Shown here: in pieces, positions 11,293-19,727 of the stretch
Position numbering within the stretch: the first letter of the stretch is position 1
Layout: each line of letters starts with the position of its first letter
Assembly: GCF_006345805.1 (NCBI RefSeq)
Contig: NW_021824081.1
Span: forward strand, 1-20,005
DNA: 20,005 nt
Source of the DNA: Octopus sinensis
Lineage: Eukaryota
Reading direction: 5' to 3'
Position numbers and translations under genes: made by a program
The notes under the pieces: generated by a model
Seen by the model: only the letters and a program-made list of their open reading frames with translations
Databases searched by the model: none
Told to the model about the DNA's origin: nothing

Positions 11293-11410
11293 AGAATTTT
11301 TTTGCGTAATAAGATAAAAAAAATCTAAGGCTGTGTAGATATTAGAGCATTTATAAAAGTTCTAATATCTACACAGCCTTGGTTTTTTATCTTATTACGC
11401 AAAAGATTCT
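11293..11410. mobile_element. Foldback of the PLE-like family H3 terminus
   Basis: Arms of about 52-56 bp (tttgcgtaataagataaaaaa..aaggctgtgtagatattaga / tctaatatctacacagcctt..ttttttatcttattacgcaaa). The same sequence occurs at 14445-14500 and 16482-16535. Confidence 0.8.
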
Positions 11411-11421
11411 TATATACACAC

Positions 11422-11532
11422 GCTGACATAGAACCAGTTATTCGCAACATTATCGAACCTGGAACTTAACTATGGTCTGTCTATAGCACTTATTCAGCAT
11501 TACCTGACACCTTTGGGTCTCAATGACACCAT
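11422..11532 (+). pseudogene. Possible fossil fragment of a Merlin/ISXO2-like DDE transposase
   Basis: Translates as ADIEPVIRNIIEPGT*LWSVYSTYSALPDTFGSQ*HH, resembling the LxPxIxxxIxPGxxIxSDxWxAYxxL motif. Contains stops and lacks the catalytic D. Confidence 0.35.
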
Positions 11533-11624
11533 TATCTCCTCTATATATATATACTTTCAAATGAAAGTAAATGCAGATGGGGAAATTTCTTAGCAATAAA
11601 ATAAGCCCGAAATTCATTTCTAAC

Positions 11625-12029
11625 AGATGCGTGGTTGTGTGCCAACCATATGGTTCTGGGTTCAATCCCACAGCGTAACCGTGATACCTTGGGCGCGTGT
11701 CTTCTACTATAGCTTTGAGCCGATCAAAGCCTTGTGAGTGGATCTGGTCGACAGAAACTAAATGAAGCCCGACGTATATATGTGTGTGTGTGTGTCTGTC
11801 TGTCTGTCTGTTTGTCTGTGTCTGTGTCGTTCTGTCTCTTTTGTTCCCCCAACACCGCTTGACAGCCAGTGTTCGTGTGTTTGCGAACCCCTAACCAAGC
11901 AGTTCAGCAAAAGAGACCAATAGAATAAGCACCAGACCAGGCTTCAAAAGATAAGTACATAAGTACTTCAATATGGTGCGCCATCATGGCCACAGATAAA
12001 TGAATGAAACAAATGAAAAAATAAAAGAT
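11625..12029 (+). mobile_element. SINE family A, older diverged copy
   Basis: B-box GGGTTCAATCCC, then ccttgggcgcgtgtcttctactatagc and aaagccttgtgagtggat, an internal (TG)n, and 3' catggccacag...tgaaacaa. Confidence 0.88.
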
Positions 12030-12353
12030 TAAATTTCAAGTATTTAATAAGTTTCACAGCAATAAGAAATGATGAAAGTTCAAATGTTCGATAAATTTCC
12101 CCAGAATAATAATGCATGATAGAAATTGTAAAGTTCTCGAGGTTTCAAAGCAATAAATTACGTTAGCAATTAGATACGATGAACAGTTTAAAGAAAGAAA
12201 TAGCAAAAAAATACCAATTTGTACAAATTCAAACGTGTTGTGTAATGGAGAATTAGTCGTTCGCTTGCTTTGCAAAGAAAACACGGCTGTGTTTCATGCA
12301 AGTATTGCTTGGTACGTATAAATTTTAAGACACAGCTTCAAATCCTCTTTGGA

Positions 12354-12770
12354 TACTCTTTTACTGTTTTACTTGTTTCAGTCATTTGACTACGGCCATG
12401 CTGGAGCACCGCCTTTTAGTCGAGCAAATCGACAACAGGACTTATTCTTTGGAAGCCCAGTACTTATTCTATCCGTCTCGTTTGCCGAACTGCTGATGTT
12501 ACGGGGACGTAAACACACCACCATCGGTTGTCAAGCGATGTTGGGGGGGGGACAAACACAGACACACAAACATATACACACATATACCTGTATATATTCA
12601 TATATACGACGGGCTTCTTTCAGTTTCTGTCTACCAAATCCACTCACAAGGCTTTTGTCGGCTCGAGGCTATAGTAGAAGACACTTGCCCAAGGTGCTAC
12701 GCAGTGGGACTGAACCCGTAACCATGTGATTCGTAAGCAAGCTACTTACTACACAGCAACTCCTGCGCCT
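12354..12770 (-). mobile_element. SINE family A, full-length
   Basis: The minus strand begins aggcgcaggagttgctgtgtagtaagtagc with B-box GGGTTCAGTCCC. Closely similar to 15126-15593. Confidence 0.95.
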
Positions 12771-13037
12771 ATTTCTATATCTTACACTTTTTATTTGTTC
12801 CAGTCAGTGAACTGTGGCCATGCTGGGGCACTGCCTCAAAGAGTTTAGTCGAACGAATCGACCCCAATACTATTTGTAACTCTGGCATTTGATTTATCGT
12901 CATTTTTGCCGAACCGCTAAGTAACAGGGAGGTAAACTCACCAACATCGGTTGCCAAACTTTGGTAGGGGACAAACACAACACAAACACACAGATACATA
13001 GACATGTCTGTACATGAATGTGCATATATATATATAT

Positions 13038-13206
13038 AGGGAGAATTCACAAAAAAACAAAAGACGAATACAGGTGGTGTAGTATAAAGCTCGGGAAGTG
13101 AAAAAGTCTTTTACGTTTCGAGCCTATGCTCTTCCACAGAAAGGAACCCAGTAAGAAACAAGGAGAGAAAATAAAGAATGTGTAGTGGCTAGCGATCTAT
13201 CATGGT
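13038..13206 (-). mobile_element. PLE-like terminal fragment, family H1
   Basis: The reverse complement matches 2570-2771 (gatcgctagccactacac...ctttctgtggaagagcataggctcgaaacgtaaaagact...ttcgtcttttgtt). Confidence 0.75.
13108..13143 (-). ncRNA. Minimal type I hammerhead-like motif, variant core CUGUGGA
   Basis: Minus strand: cttt-CTGTGGA-A-GAGC-atag-GCTC-GAAA-CG-TA-aaag. Confidence 0.62.
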
Positions 13207-14411
13207 GAATATATATATATACATTTACAACGGGCTTCATTTTAGTTTCCGTCTAAATTATTCACTGACAAAGTTATGGTCGCCCTGGTTTGTCGCAGAA
13301 GTCCCATGCAGTGGGATCGAAACCATGACCACATGGTTGGGAAGCAGTCTTTTTAACCATTCAGCCATACCTGCACTTTATGCCCATGAAAGTGAAAATA
13401 TTCTTTCATTATCACAATTTCAATAATTACAATTATTATTCATGTTGTTCTTAGGAAATAAATTACAATTAGTATGATATTGTAAATATATATTTTTTAG
13501 GGTCGTAATTAATAAGAAAGATAACAGCAACGATACAGAAATACGTTCATTAAATATGATATATGAGAGAGAGAGATAGAGAGTAAGTGGGAGAAAGAAT
13601 ATTGCAATTTTTATTTGTGTTTTCTAAGGACGGTTGGTTTGACGCCATTTTGGGTTTTTTTATGTGGTCGTGCTAGTAATTCTGTCTCATATTTACGTTT
13701 ATGTATTTAAGTTGACAACAACATTTATGGAACATTAAGGACCGATGTTATTTAATGCTATTGCTCAGAATAAAAATAAAATGGAAATAAAAACCCAACG
13801 AAAATCAGAACGCCATTATAATAATTAGCGATTCTCTACTGAGAATACGTTATTTGTTTTTAAAGCATTTGACATGGTTATCGTCAGACTGGTCATAAAC
13901 CTTAATTTATGACTTTGCGCACACACTTCACTCGTTGGCAATTTAAAGTAATAGCACTGGATATTTTGCATTTTTTCTTTTACGTTTTTAAAATTCAATT
14001 AACCCATGTAAATTAAATGAGACTAACATAGGCGCCATTGTGTTGTTCCTCATCTTGCTAGAAATAGAAACCAAGCTTCATTAAACTGTACATTAATCTT
14101 ACAAAATGAGATGGACAATTTTGGGATGTTGTAGTTCTCGATATACTATTTGCCATTCGTCTTTTGACTTCTTTCAGTCATTATACCGCGGTCATACTGG
14201 GGCACTGTGTTGAAGAATCGATCCCAGTATTTATTTTTAATGGTGGGCACTTATTCTGTCGGTCGTTTTGCGTAACTGCTAAGTCTTAAAGAAGTAAACA
14301 AACCAACACCGCTTCTGAAGTGGTAGGGGAACTGATACAAAACTCACACACACACACATACACACATGCATACATACATACAAACTTACATACATACATA
14401 CATACATATAT

Positions 14412-14500
14412 ATATTCTAGAAACAGCTGTAAGACCTATCTATAAATGCTCTAATATATATACAGCCTTGGTTTTTTTTATCTCATTACACAAAAAATTC
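14412..14500 (+). mobile_element. PLE-like fragment family H3, truncated within the hammerhead
   Basis: gaaacagctgtaagacctatctataaatg...ccttggttt...atctcattac is the reverse complement of 16489-16556. Confidence 0.8.
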
Positions 14501-14689
14501 ATATATATATATATATATATATAAAGGATATTTGTTAACTAGTCGTTCAACTCCATTCTTTCATATACCTATATATATATATATACCGGAGTAAACACAT
14601 AAATGTGAAACAAGGTGGAAAAAAGAGTACTCAAATACCAGTGGTAGAGTAATATGCTTTATTTTAAGCAGCAGAAAATTCAACAAAAT

Positions 14690-14727
14690 CTGTTACTCTG
14701 AGTTTCTCGTTGCTGTTCATCAGACAG
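14690..14727 (-). ncRNA. Minimal type I hammerhead ribozyme, minus-strand arm
   Basis: Minus strand: ctgt-CTGATGA-aca-GCAA-cga-GAAA-CTC-A-GAG-TA-acag. Confidence 0.7.
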
Positions 14728-14733
14728 CAAAAA

Positions 14734-14771
14734 CTGTCTGATGAAAGGCAACGAGAAACTCAGAGTAACAG
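14734..14771 (+). ncRNA. Minimal type I hammerhead ribozyme, plus-strand arm
   Basis: ctgt-CTGATGA-aag-GCAA-cga-GAAA-CTC-A-GAG-TA-acag. Canonical core, GNRA loop II, GUA triplet; stem II is weakened. Confidence 0.72.
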
Positions 14772-14803
14772 ATTTTGTTGAATTTTCTGCTGCTTAAAAT
14801 AAA

Positions 14804-14857
<54 letters not shown>

Positions 14858-15125
14858 GATGTATGTATATACGACGGACTTCTTTCGGTTTCCGTCTACC
14901 AATTCCACTCACAAGGCTTTGGTTATCCCGAGTCTATAGCAAAAGACACTTTCTGAAGGTACCATGCGGTGAGAGTGAACCCGAATTCATGTGGTTGGAA
15001 AGTAAACTTCTTACCACGCAGCCCGAATAAAATACAAGGACATGTTGCTGATGAATAAACTTCATCTTTAGGCAACAAAGCAAAGCCATCGTCAGGCCTT
15101 CATGACGTCTCCTGCCGATATATAT

Positions 15126-15593
15126 CTTTTTTGTTTTTTTTCTTTTTTACTTGTTTCAGTCATTTGACTGCGGCCATGCTGGAGCACTGCCTTTTAGTCG
15201 AGCAAATCGACCCCAGGACTTATTCTTTGTAAGCCTAGTACTTATTCTATCAGTCTTTTTTGCCGAACCGCTAAGTGACGGGGACGTAAACACACCGCCA
15301 TCGGTTGTCAAGCGATGCTAGGGGGACAAACACACCCACAAGACACCACACACACTATATATATATGTATAATATAAAGAATATATATATATATATATAA
15401 TATGTATATATATATCTATATATATATATGCGACGGGCTTCTTTCAGTTTCCGTCTACCAAATCCACTCACAAGCTTTTGTCGGCCCGAGGCTATAGTAG
15501 AAGACACTTGCCCAAGGCGCCACGCAGTGGGACTGAACTCAGAACCATGTGGTTGGTAAGCAAGCTACCTACCACACAACCACTCCTGCGCCT
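15126..15593 (-). mobile_element. SINE family A, full-length
   Basis: The minus strand begins aggcgcaggagtggttgtgtggtagg (A-box) with B-box GAGTTCAGTCCC and an internal (TA)n at 15356-15429. Confidence 0.95.
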
Positions 15594-15609
15594 ATATATA
15601 TATATATAT

Positions 15610-15923
15610 GGGCAAAATGGCTAGTTATAAAGTTTCAAGGATAGAGGAGTAACATGTACTAAACAGTAAAGCAAGTAGCCACATCTAAATGGCAGATAAG
15701 CGTTACTACTAGTTTAACCCCAGTTGGTTTTCGTTGTAAGCTCTGCACCCTTATATGCAACACATTGCTAGCTGACAGGATCCAGTTACTGGAGGCTAGT
15801 AGGGGCTCGGTCCCTCTGCTAGCTATGTATTGTATATAACCAGGTGGTGGAGAATCCACCTGGGTTTAAACTAGTAGTAACAATCATCTACCACCTAGAT
15901 GTGGCTACTCGCGTTACTGCTTA
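15610..15923. mobile_element. Asymmetric foldback element in (TA)n with 68-bp imperfect arms
   Basis: 15660-15727 pairs with 15856-15923 with 11 mismatches by my count; 50-bp left extension. Confidence 0.8.
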
Positions 15924-15936
15924 TATATGTATATAT

Positions 15937-16255
15937 AATAATAAAATATTAGGGAATAAATCCAAACTTACAGGGAAAAATCAGATTTAGGATTGAATCC
16001 AATTTTATAGTAAAATATATTATATTAAATTAGAGATAAAACCACTATTAGGCAAATCATACAATGAAAAACTTAAGCCAATACATAAAATTAATTAATT
16101 TATATTATTTTAAATATATATCAAAAGTATTAAAAGTTTAATAAAAGATAATGAGTAAAACTTTTGATATATGTTTAAAATAATATAAATTAATTAATTT
16201 TATGTATTGGCTTAAGTTTTTCATTGTTTGATTTGCCTAATAGTGGTTTTATCTC

Positions 16256-16261
<6 letters not shown>
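15937..16261. mobile_element. Asymmetric foldback element in (TA)n with 102-bp near-perfect arms
   Basis: 16027-16128 pairs with 16160-16261 with 2 mismatches around a 31-nt spacer; ~90-bp left extension. Confidence 0.9.
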
Positions 16262-16299
<38 letters not shown>

Positions 16300-16479
16300 G
16301 AGAGAAAACTCAACCTACTGCTCTTTCTAGCACAAGGCTTTCCTATTTGGAAGCCTCTTAACGTGTTTTAATGTACACGATATTTTTATGTGAATAATAT
16401 ATAGTCTATTGACTAATTTTTTTTTTGTGCTAATGATAATTTCTATATATATATATAATAATTTATATATACATATATA

Positions 16480-16730
16480 TTTTTTTTCGTAATGAGATAT
16501 AAAACCAAGGGTGTGTAGATTTTAGAACATTTATAGATAGGTCTTACAGCTGTTTCCAGGATATTTATTATATCCCTTCATTGGAGACGGTGTGAGAGGA
16601 TGGTTAAGAAATAGTTAATTTAGATAAGATATAAATAGAGAGTGATGTGAAGGAAATAAAAGAAAATAGATGTGAGATATGTAGAGGTATGCATTTGTAG
16701 ATCCATTTTTTTTAGGCAGAATGGTATACA
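16480..16730 (-). mobile_element. PLE-like terminal fragment family H3, longest copy
   Basis: Homologous to 11293-11410 and 14412-14500, contains the hammerhead at 16541-16588, and is (TA)n-flanked. The right boundary is approximate. Confidence 0.7.
16541..16588 (-). ncRNA. Degenerate minimal type I hammerhead, family H3
   Basis: Minus strand: gtct-CCAATGA-A-GGGATAT-aataa-ATATCCT-G-GAAA-CAGCTG-TA-agac. Stems are intact; the core has two transitions from CTGATGA. Confidence 0.6.
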
Positions 16731-16759
16731 TATAATATTCCAATGCCTTATTGATTTTA

Positions 16760-16775
16760 TAATATATATATATAT

Positions 16776-16810
<35 letters not shown>

Positions 16811-16817
16811 TATATAT

Positions 16818-16870
<53 letters not shown>
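16760..16870. repeat. (TA)n array
   Basis: Direct reading. Confidence 0.95.
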
Positions 16871-16871
<1 letters not shown>

Positions 16872-17413
16872 GTCGTCAAGTTCAGGCAGGTAACGTTGAA
16901 TAAATGTTTACTGTGACAGAACGTCTCTAGAAAAATATTGTATTTCTATTTTGAGAGTTCTCTCTAGACAAAGCAGCTTTAATATTCACCATTTCTTTCG
17001 TTTCGTTAAAATTCCATTCCGTTGTATATAAGTTCTATTTTGATTCTCATATATATATATTATTATATATATATATAATTTTACTGCTTTGCATCTATAT
17101 TCTATCTCTACGTCTTCAATATCTTAACTCTCGCATTCACACTATCTGTATCTCTCTTTCTCTGTCTCTCTCTCCCTCTATGGCTCTTTCTTTTATCTTC
17201 TCCTCTTTCTCTCCCTCAATTTCTCTCCTCTATGTTTCAATGCTTTTTTTCTTTATCAGTCGAAATTCATGTCTAATTTCCATGATTATAATGAATCTTT
17301 GATTACTGTGTTTTAACAACAGATAAATAATCAAATAAAGAAGCAACGCAAAACAACGGTTTGTCTTTGTTTTCACTGTTGTTCTTGTCATGCATATTTA
17401 TAATAATAATGTC

Positions 17414-17781
17414 GAGGCGCAATGGCCCAGTGGTTAGGGCAGCGGACTCACGGTCGTAGCATCGCGGTTTCGATTCCCAAACTGGACGTTGTAAGTGTTT
17501 ATTGAGCGGAAACACCTAGAGCTCCACGAGGCTTCGACAGAGGGTGGTGGCGAACCCTTTCACCACAACACTTTCTCTCTTCCTTGCTGTTTCTGATGTA
17601 ACTGTATTTCAAAGGGGCCAGCCTTGTCAGACTCTGCGTCACGCTGAATCTCCCTGGGGACTACATTAAGGGTACACGTGTCTGTGGAGTGCTCAACCAC
17701 TTGCACGTTAATTTCATGAACAGGCTATTCCGTTGTTCGGATCAACTGGAACGCTCGTCGTCGTAACCGACGGAATGCCAA
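17414..17781 (+). mobile_element. tRNA-derived SINE family C
   Basis: A-box TGGCCCAGTGG (17423-17433) and B-box GGTTTCGATTCCC (17466-17478), a ~300-bp body ending cgtcgtaaccgacggaatgcca, and (TAA)n on both sides. Confidence 0.8.
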
Positions 17782-17796
17782 TGAAGATTTATAATC

Positions 17797-17829
<33 letters not shown>

Positions 17830-17844
17830 GTAACAACAATAAAA

Positions 17845-18060
17845 AGGCGGCGAGCTGGCAGAATCGTTAGCATGCGAGCCAAATTGCTTAGCAGTTTTTC
17901 GCTCATCGCTACGTTCTGAGTTCAAATTCTGCCGAGGTCGACTTCCTCTTTCGTTCTTTTTTGGGGTTGATAAATTAAGTACCAGTGAAACACTGGTGTC
18001 GATGTAATCGACTAGTCTCCACACCCAAAATTGCTGCCCTTGTGGCAAAATTTGAAACCA
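17845..18060 (+). mobile_element. tRNA-derived SINE family B with an alternative 3' tail
   Basis: ggcggcgagctggcagaatcgttagca...ctgagttcaaatt...gtcgatgtaatcgact matches 8320-8489, then diverges. Confidence 0.85.
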
Positions 18061-18530
18061 TATTTATAATAATAACAATAATAACAACAGTAACGATGGC
18101 ATTAATAGTAATAATTTTTAAAAAATGATAATATCAATGACAATAATAATAATATAATAATAATAATAATAATAATAATGATAATAATAGTGATGTTAAT
18201 CATAACAACTAGAATTACGACAGCAACAAGAAGATGAAGAAGAAGACTTATTCCTGAAACAGTAAAGATTACGAGATAATATAATATGCAGAGTAATATT
18301 TTCGAATAATTTTTTTTTCTCTTTCTCTTGTTGATATTTCTGTAAACACTATACAGGGAGGGGTGGAGGGTGGGAGGGATGGAGGGAGGTAAGGATGTAG
18401 GTAGGTAGTTATGTAGGTGGGTAGGTATGTGGAGAGGTGTGAAGGTAGGTGAGGAGGCAAGGAAATTGCAATGTCTTATCTTGCTTTTTTAGCATTCTTA
18501 TATGATATTTTTTTTATTTTATGATTATTT

Positions 18531-18559
18531 AAAAAATGACGATATCAATAATCATTACC

Positions 18560-18595
<36 letters not shown>

Positions 18596-18657
18596 TGTCA
18601 TATCAGTAGTAGTAGTAGTAGTAGTGTGGTAGTAGTGGTGGTGGTGGTAATAGTAGT

Positions 18658-18695
<38 letters not shown>

Positions 18696-18750
18696 AAAAA
18701 TGACGATACCAATAATCATTACCGTAATAATAATAATAATGTGTCATGTC

Positions 18751-18781
<31 letters not shown>

Positions 18782-18819
18782 TTGGTGGTGGTAGTAGTAG
18801 TGGTAGTGGTGGTGGTAGT

Positions 18820-18851
<32 letters not shown>
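18531..18851. repeat. Two-unit higher-order tandem repeat built around microsatellites
   Basis: The unit aaaaaatgacgataYcaataatcattaccR-(taa)n-tgtgtcatRtca-(gta)n occurs at 18531-18694 and 18695-18851. Confidence 0.85.
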
Positions 18852-18852
<1 letters not shown>

Positions 18853-18899
18853 AGAATTACGCCAAAGTTTATTGTGAAACACATTTTAAATTTATTATT

Positions 18900-19252
18900 G
18901 TCGTTGCTGTTATCACCCACATCATCATACAACCGACATCGTCATCTTTCATCATCATCATCATCGTCGTCATCGTCGTCGTCGTCGTACAACATATCAC
19001 CACAGCCACAACCAGCACCAGCACCACCATCATCAACATCTTCATCATCCCAATAATCATCATCATGAATATCATCTTTTTCATCATCATCATCGTCATC
19101 ATCAGTATCATCTTCTTGATCATCATTATCATCATCATCTTTTACATAATCTTTAATATGATCATTTCTTGTTATTCTTATTTTGTGGTTGTTATTGTTA
19201 AGTTTTTTGTATCAGTATTAGTATTATTGTTGTTATCGTTGCTGCTTTTTAC

Positions 19253-19328
<76 letters not shown>

Positions 19329-19692
19329 TTATTATCATTATTATTATTATAATTAGTGACATTATTACCATTATTAGCATTAATTATTATTATTATTATT
19401 GTTATTATTTTATCACTATCAATATCGTCATTTATATTATTATTATAACCATTATTAATATTATCATTATTTAACTTATTATTATAAATATAATAATGAT
19501 AATAATAATAATAATAATAATAGTAATAATAATGATGATAATAATAATAATAATAATAGTAATAATAATGATAATTATAATAATAATAATAATGATAATA
19601 ATAATAATAGTAATAATAATAATGATGATGATGATAATAATAGTAATAATAATAATAATTATAATGACGATGATGATAATAATAATAATAGT

Positions 19693-19727
<35 letters not shown>

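Larger units (their letters stand above)
12781..13378 (-). mobile_element. SINE family A split by an H1 insertion (3' half 12781-~13000, 5' half 13228-13378)
   Basis: Both halves are collinear with the intact copies; the foreign block 13038-13206 sits in the internal (TA)n. Confidence 0.85.
14586..14804. mobile_element. PLE-like asymmetric foldback, family H4: 71-bp arms, 6-nt loop, ~70-bp one-sided extension
   Basis: 14657-14727 pairs with 14734-14804 with 2 mismatches; (TA)n lies on both sides. Confidence 0.9.
14160..15023 (-). mobile_element. SINE family A split by at least two PLE-like inserts (3' half 14160-~14400, 5' half 14871-15023)
   Basis: tttcagtcattataccgcggtcatactggggcactg... 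and acgacggacttctttcggtttccgtctacc...cttaccacgcagcc are collinear with the intact copies. Confidence 0.85.

Noticed and set aside
15050-15080. CTGATGA inside a small hairpin
   Set aside because: No downstream GAAA or stem III; consistent with chance.
17414-17490. Functional tRNA gene (likewise the heads of SINE A and SINE B)
   Set aside because: A- and B-boxes are present, but I could not form a proper acceptor stem or cloverleaf, and the sequence runs on into a SINE body.
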